64,000 nucleotides of DNA, from contig JBKJMX010000083.1 of NCBI GenBank assembly GCA_046596135.1, positions 66,222 through 130,221 on the forward strand. The letters are read 5' to 3'. A program made the position numbers and the translations under genes. The DNA comes from Gemmatimonadales bacterium. GTDB lineage: Bacteria; Gemmatimonadota; Gemmatimonadetes; Gemmatimonadales; GWC2-71-9. Each line of letters opens with the position of its first letter. Position 1 is the stretch's first letter. The notes under the pieces are model-generated. The model ran no database searches. It was not told the origin of the DNA and was given only the letters and a program-made list of their open reading frames with translations. Positions 8,706 to 18,380 of the stretch are shown here, one piece after another.

Positions 8706-9499
8706 TGCACGTCGTCTCGCTGCATCGCTACCCGATCAAGGGATGTCGTGGCCACGACGTGGCGGTTGCGACCATCGATGCACTCGGTGTCGCGGGAGAC
8801 AGGCGTTTGCTGCTGGTCGACGAGAACGATCGCTTCCTCAGTCAGCGCGAGGAACCGCGATTGGCAACGCTTGTTCCCGTACTGGAGGGCGATGCGCTGG
8901 TCGTCCGTACTGCCGGATCAACATTTGAACACGAGGCACCGTCAGAGGCAGATCGCCGCGTCGTCACGATATTTGGCGATCGCGTGTCGGCGGCCGATCA
9001 GGGCAATGTCGCTGCGGCATGGTTCACCGGAGTGTTGGGCCGCGCCTGCCGACTGGTGGCCTTCGACGCGACGTCGCACCGGTTGGTCGATCCGGCATTC
9101 TCGCCCCGCATGGACGCCGAGACCGCGTTTACCGATGGCTATCCGGTGTTGGGCGTGCTCCAGGAATCGCTGGACGACCTCAACCAGCGGCTCGAGGCAC
9201 CGATCCCCATGGCCCGGTTCCGTCCGAACGTGGTTCTCAGTGGTGCGCTGCCGTGGAGCGAGGATGTGTGGCACTCGCTCGCCATCGGCGGCGTCGTGCT
9301 CGACGCCGTGAAGCCGTGCGCCCGCTGCGTGGTTACCACCACCGACCAGGTCACCGGAGCGCGCAACCCGAACCAGGAGCCGCTCCGCACCCTCTCGCTG
9401 TTTCGGCTGCAGCGGCCATTCGGAGCGATCTTCGGCCAGAACCTCGTGCCCCGCGCCCCCGGTATGATGTCAGTGGGTGACCCCGTGACATGCGAATGA
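8705..9499 (+). CDS. MOSC domain protein (YcbX-like)
   Basis: MHVVSLHRYPIKGCRG N-terminal beta-barrel motif; conserved Cys context VKPCARCVVTT; TGATG overlap with the VOC stop (GTG 8702 is an alternative start). Confidence 0.8.
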   Translation: MHVVSLHRYPIKGCRGHDVAVATIDALGVAGDRRLLLVDENDRFLSQREEPRLATLVPVLEGDALVVRTAGSTFEHEAPSEADRRVVTIFGDRVSAADQGNVAAAWFTGVLGRACRLVAFDATSHRLVDPAFSPRMDAETAFTDGYPVLGVLQESLDDLNQRLEAPIPMARFRPNVVLSGALPWSEDVWHSLAIGGVVLDAVKPCARCVVTTTDQVTGARNPNQEPLRTLSLFRLQRPFGAIFGQNLVPRAPGMMSVGDPVTCE

Positions 9500-10671
9500 G
9501 CATGAACACCGAACGGCTCTACTATCGCGATGCCGCGCTGCTCGACTTCACGGCTACGGCACTTGAAGGCGCCGATCGCTGTCGCATCGTCCTTGATCGC
9601 TCCGCATTCTATCCAACGTCGGGCGGTCAGCCGCACGACACCGGCACGCTCAATGACATCGCAGTCGTCGACGTGATCGACGACGGTGAACGAGTGATCC
9701 ACGTGATGGAGGCGCCACTCGCGCCGGGTCCGGTGCGCGGCATGATCGACCACGATCGTCGCATCGACCACATGCAACAGCACACCGCGCAGCACCTCCT
9801 TTCGGCGCTCGCCGAAGACCTCTTCGGGTGGAGCACGGTGAGCGTGCATTTCGGCGAAAGCCATTCGACCATCGAGTATGACACCGCCGAAGCACTGCCC
9901 ACCGAGCTCCAGCAACTTGAGGATCGTGCCAACGCCGTGGTCGCCGAGGCACGACCGATTGTGGTCACGGTCGAGGAAGCGGAATCAGTGACTGGATTGC
10001 GGAAAGCCAGCGATCGACGCGGCGCGTTGCGGATCGTCACGATCGAGGGAATCGATCGGAGTGCATGCGGCGGTACGCACGTGTCGCTCACGTCGGAGAT
10101 CGGAGCGGTTTACCACGCAGGGGTCGAGCGGATCAGGGGCCGCATCCGGGTGTCGTTCGTAGCTGGTCGGCGCACCCTGCAGCGGCTCCAGCAGAGAGAT
10201 GCGCTGTTGCAGCAGGTGGCGGCCTCCCTCTCCTGCGCGATCGATGATACCGACAGCGTGGCCGCCAATCGTGCCGAAGAGGTCGCGAGGCTGACCCGCG
10301 AGCACGATCTCGCCCTGGATGCGTTGGCCGCCGCCCGTCTCGAGCTGCTCAGTGCCGCGACACCTCCGGGTCCGGACGGTGTGAGGCGGATCGTGCACCG
10401 GGTTGACCAGCAAGATCTTGCGCAGGCGCGGCGGATCGCCAAGGTGGCGGGAAGCGGATCCGGTGTGGTTTTCATCGCCATGGCCCCGGCGCCACCAACG
10501 ATCGTGGTCGGTGCGAGCGAGGATTCGCGGGTCGATGCGGGGGCGGCACTCAAATCCGCGCTCGATGCAGTGGGCGGCCGCGGGGGCGGGTCCCCACGGT
10601 ACGCGCAGGGTGCTGCGCCCGACGCGGCCCTGCTACGGGGCATCGTCGACCGGCTCGCCAACGCGATGTGA
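9490..10671 (+). CDS. alaX: Alanyl-tRNA editing protein (AlaX-L type)
   Basis: HTAQHLLSA and CGGTHV zinc/editing motifs of the tRNA synthetase second additional domain; about 390 aa; alternative ATGs at 9496 and 9502. Confidence 0.75.
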   Translation: MRMSMNTERLYYRDAALLDFTATALEGADRCRIVLDRSAFYPTSGGQPHDTGTLNDIAVVDVIDDGERVIHVMEAPLAPGPVRGMIDHDRRIDHMQQHTAQHLLSALAEDLFGWSTVSVHFGESHSTIEYDTAEALPTELQQLEDRANAVVAEARPIVVTVEEAESVTGLRKASDRRGALRIVTIEGIDRSACGGTHVSLTSEIGAVYHAGVERIRGRIRVSFVAGRRTLQRLQQRDALLQQVAASLSCAIDDTDSVAANRAEEVARLTREHDLALDALAAARLELLSAATPPGPDGVRRIVHRVDQQDLAQARRIAKVAGSGSGVVFIAMAPAPPTIVVGASEDSRVDAGAALKSALDAVGGRGGGSPRYAQGAAPDAALLRGIVDRLANAM

Positions 10672-10740
10672 CCCCCGTTCGCCGGGCAAGGTCGTTCCGG
10701 TGCCTCCCGAATCCACGTTTCCCTGACACTGGAGCACGCC

Positions 10741-12165
10741 GTGCGCCGGATCGTTGTTGTCGCCCTCCTCGCCGGATGTGCCGCCGAGCCAGCTTCCGCA
10801 CCGGCTGTCGTCACGCCTCCGACAGCGGAACGCGGCGCCAACCAAGCCGGCACTCCCGGATATCTGCTGGCAGATTCTCTCGAGGTGCGGGTCGTCGATG
10901 CCAACGGCGAACCGGTTCGGGGCGTCGCGGTCACCTGGGAAACGCAGCCCACCAACGGAGTGGTGTCGCCTGGATCGCCCGTAACCAACGTCGATGGTGT
11001 CGCGCGCGCGGCGTGGCGGATGCCGGCCGGTGAGGGAACCCACTGGGCCTCGGCACGCATCGGTTCGCAGCCGGCGGCGCGGTTCCCAGCCCACGTGGCC
11101 AGTGTAGAGTTGAGCGCCGTCGGTGGCAGCGCCGACGCCCTCTGTGGCGTCACCCTGCTCGGCGCGATTCGCTGTTGGCGCCCCCCGACCCGCGACTCGA
11201 TCCCGGTATCAGGCGTGGTCGCCACTCCTGATCGCACGGTAGCACTGGCGTTTGCGCGCGACAAATGGTGCGCGGTGTCGGTGACGGGACGGATCACCTG
11301 CTTCACGATCGCCGACCTCTATCGAACGGGCCGTTTTGCGCCGACCCAGACGATTGCGTCCCTCCTCACCTCGTTCGGTCCCCAGTTGGTCTCGCTCGCC
11401 GCCGCTGCCGATGGTGAGTCGTCGCCGGTGTTCTGTGGCCTGACCAGCGGCGGCGAGGCGTGGTGCTGGGGAAACAACGCGCACGGGCAGATGGGCAACG
11501 GAACGATCGGCGGCGAGGTCGAGCTGCCGGTCAGGGTGAACATCCCCGAGACGTTCCGCGAGATCGATGTGTCGGAGCAGTCGGTGTGCGGGATCGTCAT
11601 CTCGGGTGCACCGTGGTGCTGGGGGAGCAATGCAACCGCGCTGATCGGCCCGCCGGGCGGCCTCGCCGGATCGCCCACGCCGCGCGCCGTCGCGACGGCG
11701 GACCGCTACTTCACGATGGCGCTCACGTTGCGCGGCACGGCATGCGGCCTCCGCGGGACGTCGGGGCGGGCGGCGTGCTGGGGCCGCGCGACCCGCGACG
11801 CACTGGGTCGGCCCGGCGTGACGGCGGACGATCCGGTACCACGCGCGATCACCTCCGACAACGTGCTGGTGTCGATTGCGCGCAACGGCACTGGCTTCAG
11901 TGCGGTCAGCATCGATCGCGAGCTCGTGATCTGGGGACCAGTGCCGAATGGCGTCTCGGCCGAGGGGCCAGGGTTCGTGACCGCAACCCGGATCATCTTC
12001 GATGAGCGTTTCACCGGCATGCTCCGTGGTGGGACCAGCGGATACAGTTGCATGCGATCGCTCTTCGGCGGGGCACGCTGCGTTGACGTCTACGTCCTCG
12101 GTCCCGCGGCGTCTCGCGAGGCTCCATCAATTGCCCGGCCGGCCCAGTTCGGCGTGCCTCGCTGA
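10741..12165 (+). CDS. RCC1-repeat lipoprotein with N-terminal Ig-like domain
   Basis: GTG start; lipobox MRRIVVVALLAGC; Ig-like LEVRVVDANGEPVRGVAVTWE; repeated C(W/A)G motifs such as GEAWCWGNNAHGQMGNG, APWCWGSN, AACWG. Confidence 0.7.
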   Translation: MRRIVVVALLAGCAAEPASAPAVVTPPTAERGANQAGTPGYLLADSLEVRVVDANGEPVRGVAVTWETQPTNGVVSPGSPVTNVDGVARAAWRMPAGEGTHWASARIGSQPAARFPAHVASVELSAVGGSADALCGVTLLGAIRCWRPPTRDSIPVSGVVATPDRTVALAFARDKWCAVSVTGRITCFTIADLYRTGRFAPTQTIASLLTSFGPQLVSLAAAADGESSPVFCGLTSGGEAWCWGNNAHGQMGNGTIGGEVELPVRVNIPETFREIDVSEQSVCGIVISGAPWCWGSNATALIGPPGGLAGSPTPRAVATADRYFTMALTLRGTACGLRGTSGRAACWGRATRDALGRPGVTADDPVPRAITSDNVLVSIARNGTGFSAVSIDRELVIWGPVPNGVSAEGPGFVTATRIIFDERFTGMLRGGTSGYSCMRSLFGGARCVDVYVLGPAASREAPSIARPAQFGVPR

Positions 12166-12238
12166 TCCCCCCGCGAGTACGGTTAATTTTCCCTCTGGGT
12201 CGGCGGGCGTCGGCCATTCGCTTTCACGCGGAGACCGG

Positions 12239-12961
12239 ATGTCGCTGGTGCTTGCCTCGCTGCTCTTTCTCAACACCCCTGCCGACACGATCACACCGAA
12301 ACCCGCGAATTCCGTCCGCTTCACGGGTGATGCGGGCTACGTGGCGACGTCGGGCAACTCCTCCGTCCAGACGCTGAACATCGGGTACAAGGTGTCGGCC
12401 AAGCTCGGAAGCTGGGCATTCAACCAGCAGTTCGCCGTGGTGCACGGAAAAAACCGCGGTGCCACGGTCACGTCGCTCTGGCGCGGCTCGATCCGGGCCG
12501 ACTACAGCTTGACTAGCACGGTGACCACCTACGGCTCGCTCAGCTACGAGCGGAACCTCTTCGCCGGCCTCGACTCGCGGGTCAGCACCGTGGGGGGAGT
12601 GTCCGCGGTGGTGGCTGAGGACAAGCGGAACAAGCTTGCGCTCGAAGTCGGCGTCTCGCTCACGGCCCAACGCGGCATCGCGCCTCGCGGCCGCGACCTC
12701 GACTTTCTGGGCGGGCGTGCCGCGACATCGTATGTCCATCGCGTCGGACCGAAGGCGTCGTTTACCCAGCTTGTCGAGTTCCTGCCGAACTTTCGCGAGA
12801 GCGAGGACCTGCGCGTGAACAGCGAGAGCACACTCCTGGCACCGATCACCCGGCAGATCGGACTCAAGCTCTCGTTCGTGATTCGCTACGACGGCCTTCC
12901 GGAGACGGGATTCATGACAACCGATCGCCTCTTCACCTCCGGCGTGCAGGTCTCGCTGTGA
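12239..12961 (+). CDS. DUF481 family outer-membrane protein
   Basis: ATG 12239 (MSLVLASLLFLN signal); FTGDAGYVATSGNSSVQTLNIGYK.. alternating beta-strand pattern recalls DUF481/YdiY; the upstream 79 aa of the track ORF overlap the previous gene. Confidence 0.65.
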   Translation: MSLVLASLLFLNTPADTITPKPANSVRFTGDAGYVATSGNSSVQTLNIGYKVSAKLGSWAFNQQFAVVHGKNRGATVTSLWRGSIRADYSLTSTVTTYGSLSYERNLFAGLDSRVSTVGGVSAVVAEDKRNKLALEVGVSLTAQRGIAPRGRDLDFLGGRAATSYVHRVGPKASFTQLVEFLPNFRESEDLRVNSESTLLAPITRQIGLKLSFVIRYDGLPETGFMTTDRLFTSGVQVSL

Positions 12962-14181
12962 TCACGTGGCCTGGCCGAAGGGCGGCCGTGGTGCTGTTCG
13001 TCCTCGCCGCGACCGCGTGCGGCAAGGACGCGGGCCGTGCGGGCCGGACCACGGTCGATTCGGCTGGAGTGTCGATCGTGACGTCGACCGTCCCGGTGTG
13101 GGGCGACAGCGCCGCATGGACCATCGACTCGGTCCCAATCCTCGCGATTGGCGACCCGACCCACGCCGCGGCAGCGCTCCTGATCGACATCGTCGCGGTG
13201 CGCCTGCTCGATGACGGTCGACTCGCCCTGTTGAGCAACGACGAGAAGGCGATCCTCTACTTCGACGCGTCCGGCCTCCCGGTGGGTCGAGCCGGCGGGC
13301 GCGGCGAGGGAACAGGGGAATTCCTGCAAGTCACTCTGATCGGCGCGCCGTCCGACTCGATGCTGGTATGGGACCATGAACTCGATCGCGGCACGATGTT
13401 CAGCCCCGGCGGCCGTCCGGTGCGCACATTTCCGCTTACCGGCGATTCCGGCGCACGCTACGGCTATGCCCCGGCAGCGCGTTTCGACAACGGCGATCTC
13501 CTCGTCGCTGCACGCATCGGGGCGACGCTCGGTGAGCGCACCGGTGTGCGGCGGGAGCCGGTCCCGCTGCGGCGCGCGTCCGCCACCGGCGTTGTCGGGG
13601 AGCCCGTGATCATCGTGCCCGGCAACGAGCAACTCGTGGTGTCCACGACCCAGCATGTCTCGGCGATGGAGCGACCATTCGGTCGGCGCACCCTGATCGG
13701 GACGAACGGCGATGATGTGATGATCGCCACCGGTGAACGCGACGAAGTGGTGATGGTGCGTCCTCAGGGCCGAAAGGGGCTGGTATGGCGAATCGATCGT
13801 CCCGTCCACGTCGTCGACTCCATCGACCGCGCCAGGCAGATGGCCCGCTACCAGGCGCAGGCGGCTCAACTGCCACCGGAGTTCGCGCGCGCGATGCTGG
13901 CTGCCATCGCGGAGGCTGGCTTCCCGCAGGAGTTGCCACCATACGACCAACTCCTGGTCGATGCCACCGGCGCCACCTGGTTGCGCGAGGATGTGGGGCC
14001 AATCCGCCGAAACCTGGGCCGGCAGCACTGGACCGTCTTCGACCGGAAGGGGCGATGGCTCGGCGAGGTGACCACCCCGGCCGGGCTCGTGGTGCATCAG
14101 GTGACGCGTGACCGGATCGTGGGAATCTGGACCGACGAGGACGGTGTCCAGCAGGTGCACGTTCACACGCTGCGCCGCTGA
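12958..14181 (+). CDS. Hypothetical lipoprotein (beta-propeller-like)
   Basis: GTGA overlap with the upstream stop; lipobox LFVLAATAC; 407 aa; repetitive beta-rich sequence; no motif recognised. Confidence 0.6.
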   Translation: MITWPGRRAAVVLFVLAATACGKDAGRAGRTTVDSAGVSIVTSTVPVWGDSAAWTIDSVPILAIGDPTHAAAALLIDIVAVRLLDDGRLALLSNDEKAILYFDASGLPVGRAGGRGEGTGEFLQVTLIGAPSDSMLVWDHELDRGTMFSPGGRPVRTFPLTGDSGARYGYAPAARFDNGDLLVAARIGATLGERTGVRREPVPLRRASATGVVGEPVIIVPGNEQLVVSTTQHVSAMERPFGRRTLIGTNGDDVMIATGERDEVVMVRPQGRKGLVWRIDRPVHVVDSIDRARQMARYQAQAAQLPPEFARAMLAAIAEAGFPQELPPYDQLLVDATGATWLREDVGPIRRNLGRQHWTVFDRKGRWLGEVTTPAGLVVHQVTRDRIVGIWTDEDGVQQVHVHTLRR

Positions 14182-14342
14182 CGCTTGCCTCGCCGGCGGT
14201 TCGGTCGTACGCTCCGCTGGTCGTGAGATCATCCTGAACGGGGCATCTCCATGGCACCATCCAGCAAGTCGACCCGGACATCCTTGCTCGACGATAGTCT
14301 GGGCTGGTGTTCGCTACCGCCTCACCTGAAGAGGAGTGCACG

Positions 14343-14876
14343 ATGGCCGATGACCTGCGGTATCCCACGGGGCGGTTCGCACCGCCATCGGCGTGGCCCG
14401 ACGCCAGCACGACGGAGTGGCGTGCGGCGATCGCTGTGCTGCCCTCAGCGATCCGCGGTGCGGTGGAGGGACTTGACGACCGACAGCTCGACACATCCTA
14501 CCGCGACGGCGGCTGGACCGTGCGACAGGTGGTCCATCATGTGCTCGACAGTCATGTGAATGCATACTGTCGCTTCAAGCTGGCGATGACCGAGGACGCC
14601 CCCACCATCAAGCCCTACCAGGAGGCGCGCTGGGCCGAGCTGCCCGACGGTCGGACCGGATCGGTAAACCCCTCGCTCGACGCGCTGGAGGGGCTGCACG
14701 TGCGGTGGTGCCGGCTCCTCGACGGGATGTCGACGAATGACTGGGATCGGGGCTTCCTCCACCCTGAACACGATGCGGTGATCCCCCTCGGCCGCACCCT
14801 CGCGATGTACGCCTGGCACGGCCGGCACCATGTGGCCCACATCACGGCGCTCCGCCAGCGGGAGGGATGGCGATGA
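14343..14876 (+). CDS. DinB/YfiT-family metal-dependent protein (bacillithiol-transferase-like)
   Basis: ATG 14343 preceded by GAGGAG; YPTGRF..GGWTVRQVVHHVLDSHVNAYCRFKLAMTED..ARWAEL..WHGRHHVAHI matches the YfiT/DinB_2 His triad pattern. Confidence 0.8.
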   Translation: MADDLRYPTGRFAPPSAWPDASTTEWRAAIAVLPSAIRGAVEGLDDRQLDTSYRDGGWTVRQVVHHVLDSHVNAYCRFKLAMTEDAPTIKPYQEARWAELPDGRTGSVNPSLDALEGLHVRWCRLLDGMSTNDWDRGFLHPEHDAVIPLGRTLAMYAWHGRHHVAHITALRQREGWR

Positions 14877-15367
14877 TGCGGTCGGCCATGGGTGTCGTGC
14901 TGCTCGCTGCGTGTGCCTCGGGCCCGAACGGTCGGGCGTCCGATTCGACCGCAGCTCCGTCCTCGGCGGTCGACACGACGCGCGTGCGAGAACTCGTGTC
15001 GTTCCAGCAAACGGGGTGGGATGCGGCCACGACCATCGTGATTGACGACCACGCTGCACTCGTTTCGGCCTGGGGTGTCGCCCACGCTGGAATGTCGGAT
15101 GTCCCGCCTCTCCCGGTGGTGGACCTCACCCGCGACCGGGCGTTGGTTGTGGCGGCCGGCATGCGGGCGAGCGGCGGATATGTGTTGAAACTCGGTGAGC
15201 ACCGCGTCTCGCATGACACGCTGGTGATCGGTGTCGTGCTGCAGCGGCCCGGCGCCAACTGCGCAACCACGGCGCAGCTCACCGCCCCGGCGATCTTCCT
15301 GGCTGTCCCCCGCACCGCGGCGGTGCCCAGGGTTGCGATGTCGGAACGCGATGGCCCATCCTGCTGA
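14867..15367 (+). CDS. Lipoprotein, PrcB C-terminal-domain-like
   Basis: GGAGGG directly upstream of ATG 14867; lipobox VVLLAAC; SGGYVLKL segment resembles PrcB_C (weak, from memory). Confidence 0.55.
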   Translation: MAMMRSAMGVVLLAACASGPNGRASDSTAAPSSAVDTTRVRELVSFQQTGWDAATTIVIDDHAALVSAWGVAHAGMSDVPPLPVVDLTRDRALVVAAGMRASGGYVLKLGEHRVSHDTLVIGVVLQRPGANCATTAQLTAPAIFLAVPRTAAVPRVAMSERDGPSC

Positions 15368-15394
15368 ACCGCATTCCCAACTTCGGAGGCCTGC

Positions 15395-15754
15395 TTGGAA
15401 CGACGCATCACGAGCATCGGTGGAATCTCGCTCTACGCGGATCACGCAGACGTACTGGTACAATGGTACGAGAAGCATCTCGGTCTCTACTTCCAGCGTG
15501 AGCCCGGCTCTCATGAATGGTGGTGCGAGTTTCCCGGGCGCATGTCGTTCGCGATTCACCAAGCGAAGCATCCGGTGGGGCACGAACGTCGCCTGATCGA
15601 GATCACCTGGTGCGTGGATGACCTCGACGACGTGCTGGAGCGCCTTTGCGAACTGGGAGTCTCGCCCCGTGAGCGTCAGGAGACGGTCGACGGCGACTAC
15701 GCGTGGTTCGACGATCCCGAGGGAAATCGCGTGGAACTCTGGCAGCGGTCCTGA
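15395..15754 (+). CDS. VOC family protein
   Basis: TTG start with GGAGG 7 nt upstream; ISLYADHADVLVQWYEKHLGL..; C-terminal WFDDPEGNRVELWQ. Confidence 0.7.
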   Translation: MERRITSIGGISLYADHADVLVQWYEKHLGLYFQREPGSHEWWCEFPGRMSFAIHQAKHPVGHERRLIEITWCVDDLDDVLERLCELGVSPRERQETVDGDYAWFDDPEGNRVELWQRS

Positions 15755-15766
15755 ACGACCCCGCGT

Positions 15767-17239
15767 TCAGCGCGCGCGGAGCATCTCGATCACCGCGACG
15801 CGGATGTCACGAAATTGCTGCACCGGTCCGAGGCCGGGATTCCCCGGCAGGAGCCAGTCGAGCCCGGTCTCGCGTCCGGTGAGCAGGAAATCGGTGGTCG
15901 CCACCCGGTAGGATCGAGCGGGGTCGATCGGCACACCGCCCACCAACCACCTCGTCGCATCGCGTGCGGCCCCTGCAGCATGCAGGAAGCCACCACTCCC
16001 CCGATTGGCCTCCCCCTGCGTGAGAATCCGCTCAAGCAATGCCCCAGTCATCGTGGTGCCCACGACATTGCCCCCGAAGGGCAGGATGCGGATCACGTCG
16101 TATTGCGTGACCACGCCGGCCGGAATCACGTCATCGATCCTGATCGATCCGCCATTCATCAAGCCCACCTCGGCGCCGGGCACCTCGCGCCGGAGCGCCT
16201 CGGCAACCAGCGCCGTGAGCGGCCCCGGTCGGCTTCGCACCACCGCCTCGCGACCATCAAGCGGCTCCGTGATCGTCGCCACGGTGGACCCCGGCTCCAG
16301 TCCCTGCGCGCGGTACGCCGCATCGCTGCGTGCCACCCACTCCGCGACTTCACGCGCGACGTCTGGCGCTTCGGGAGTCGTGCGGTCGAGCACGCGCAGG
16401 GTTGATTGCACCAGCGGGGCACCTCCGTCTTCGTGCCACCTGAAGGTGATGACCGCGATGGTGCGGACGTTGGCGTCCGCCTTGATGATCGGCGTGAACC
16501 CCGGGCCGCGGCGCAGCACATAGTTCTCGTGCTCATGCCCGCCGAGGATGACCGTGATGGCCGGAAGCGCCTCGGCGAGGAGCTGATCCTGAGCGATGGT
16601 GAGATGGGTCAGGGCAACGATGGCGTCGACGCTGTCGCCGAGTGCAGCAATTGCGCGTCGAGCAGCATCGATCGGATCCTCGAAGCGCACCCACGCTGGC
16701 CGATTGCTGTTGATGGTGATACCGATCATCCCGATGCGCACCGCGCCGTTTCCGGTGGGGATCTGCACGATCTCGTGGCGAGTGGTGCCTGGAAATAGTT
16801 TGCCCGCAGAATCGGTGACGTTGCTCGCGACGATGCGAAACCGGGATTCGGCGAGCCGCTGGCGGAACTCCGTCTCGCGGAGGTCGAACTCATGATTGCC
16901 CAGCACCGCCCAGTCGACACCGATGGCGTTGAGCGTCGCCACCATCTGCCGCCCTGCGAGGCGCTGGCCATCAACCACGGCGAGCCCCATCGCAGACGGC
17001 GAGAGATAATCGCCGCCAAGCGTCGTGAGCAGGGCCGGCGACGACGCCATGAGCTCCCGGCGGATGGTCGCCAAGCGTGCGAGTCCACCACTCGCCCCCC
17101 CCGCCACCGGCGTGATCTCGTAGGCATCGTTGAAGTGCAGGAACGTGACGGTGCGTGGCGAATCCGTGCTTCGCGGATTGGTGGCGAGCCCTGGGGCGCA
17201 AGCCGTGAGCGCCAGCAAGAGCAGGAAACAAAGGGGCAT
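15767..17239 (-). CDS. Bifunctional metallophosphatase/5'-nucleotidase family protein
   Basis: Start at internal ATG 17239 (signal MPLCFLLLLALTACA); FLHFNDAYE, GNHEFD, GGHEHE metallophosphoesterase motifs; C-terminal 5'-nucleotidase-like region. Confidence 0.8.
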   Translation of the reverse strand: MPLCFLLLLALTACAPGLATNPRSTDSPRTVTFLHFNDAYEITPVAGGASGGLARLATIRRELMASSPALLTTLGGDYLSPSAMGLAVVDGQRLAGRQMVATLNAIGVDWAVLGNHEFDLRETEFRQRLAESRFRIVASNVTDSAGKLFPGTTRHEIVQIPTGNGAVRIGMIGITINSNRPAWVRFEDPIDAARRAIAALGDSVDAIVALTHLTIAQDQLLAEALPAITVILGGHEHENYVLRRGPGFTPIIKADANVRTIAVITFRWHEDGGAPLVQSTLRVLDRTTPEAPDVAREVAEWVARSDAAYRAQGLEPGSTVATITEPLDGREAVVRSRPGPLTALVAEALRREVPGAEVGLMNGGSIRIDDVIPAGVVTQYDVIRILPFGGNVVGTTMTGALLERILTQGEANRGSGGFLHAAGAARDATRWLVGGVPIDPARSYRVATTDFLLTGRETGLDWLLPGNPGLGPVQQFRDIRVAVIEMLRAR

Positions 17240-17364
17240 CGAGGTACCTCGGTGGATGGCTGTATGAAATCTGTACACCACTGGGGTGGCATGCCAGCGC
17301 CTGTTTGTGCATCGTACCGGTGTCACGACGTCCCAAACGTCATCAACCTTATCAGGGAAGAGGC

Positions 17365-18258
17365 ATGCGCAAAGCACTCTTGACGCTCGCCGCGATCGCC
17401 ACGATCGGTGGATGCGTCAGCCAGAAGAAATACGATGATATGGTCGCCGAGCAGAGCCGGGTAGCAGAGCAGAAGGATTCGCTCGTTACCGATGTGCTTG
17501 CCGCGACCCAGCTCGTCACCGAAATCAACGCTGATCTCGCCCGCGTGAACGGCTTGGGTGTGAGTCCCGTTTCGTCGGGTGATCGACCGCTCGCCGGCAA
17601 GGCCGAGGAGCGCGCCGCGATGCTTGGGAAGATCCGCGAAGTGATCGCACGACTCGATGCCGCCGAGAAGCAGGTCGAGGACCAGCGCAAGCGGATCGGC
17701 ACGGTGACCGCGGAGCGGCGGAAACTTGCCGCGCAGCTCGAGAGCTTCCAGCGGACCATTGAAGATCTCCGAAGCACGGCACAGCAGCAGGAGGCGCTGA
17801 TCACCGAGCAGCGCGTACAGATCCAGACGCTCTCGTCGCGGATCGATACGCTGGCTCGCGCCACCGATTCGCTCACCCTCGCCAAGGCTGCGGTCGGTGA
17901 CACACTCTCGCACGTTGTCGATGAGGCCAACACGGTCTACTACGCCGTGGGAACGAAGGACGAGTTGATCAAGCGCGGGATCGTGGTGAGCGAGGGGAGC
18001 AAGTTCCTGGTGTTCGGAGGTAAGTCGCTCCAGCCGGCGCGCGACCTTCGGCCCGAGCTCTTCCAGCGGCTTGACCGTCGTGTCGACACCGTGCTCACCG
18101 TGCCGGAGCCGACTCGCGAGTACCGGATCGTGACTCGGCAGAGCCCACAGCTCCTGGGCTCCACCGTGCTGCCGAACGGGAAGATCAAGGGCAACCTCCG
18201 GATCAACTCGCCGGCATTCTGGGACAGCGGGAAGTTCCTGATCGTCGTTCGCGACTGA
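17365..18258 (+). CDS. Coiled-coil lipoprotein, hypothetical
   Basis: ATG 17365; lipobox LAAIATIGGC; long heptad-like Q/E/R/L-rich segment (residues about 20-170). Confidence 0.65.
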   Translation: MRKALLTLAAIATIGGCVSQKKYDDMVAEQSRVAEQKDSLVTDVLAATQLVTEINADLARVNGLGVSPVSSGDRPLAGKAEERAAMLGKIREVIARLDAAEKQVEDQRKRIGTVTAERRKLAAQLESFQRTIEDLRSTAQQQEALITEQRVQIQTLSSRIDTLARATDSLTLAKAAVGDTLSHVVDEANTVYYAVGTKDELIKRGIVVSEGSKFLVFGGKSLQPARDLRPELFQRLDRRVDTVLTVPEPTREYRIVTRQSPQLLGSTVLPNGKIKGNLRINSPAFWDSGKFLIVVRD

Positions 18259-18280
18259 TCATCGTCGTTCGCGACTGAAC
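18241..18280. repeat. 20-nt tandem duplication spanning a stop codon
   Basis: atcgtcgttcgcgactgatc / atcgtcgttcgcgactgaac (19/20 identical); the first copy encodes IVVRD plus the TGA (18256-18258) of the 17365-18258 CDS. Confidence 0.9.
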
Positions 18281-18296
18281 GGATTCGGCAGGCAAT

Positions 18297-18345
18297 AGTG
18301 GGAACGTTCCCGGCCCGGGAGCGTTCCCACTTCTGCTATCTTGCA
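18297..18345 (+). terminator. Putative intrinsic terminator
   Basis: AGTGGGAACG (18297-18306) / CGTTCCCACT (18322-18331) perfect 10-bp stem followed by the T-rich TCTGCTATCTTGC. Confidence 0.55.
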
Positions 18346-18380
18346 TTCGCTCCGTCCCTGTCACCTGCTTGAGGCCTGCC

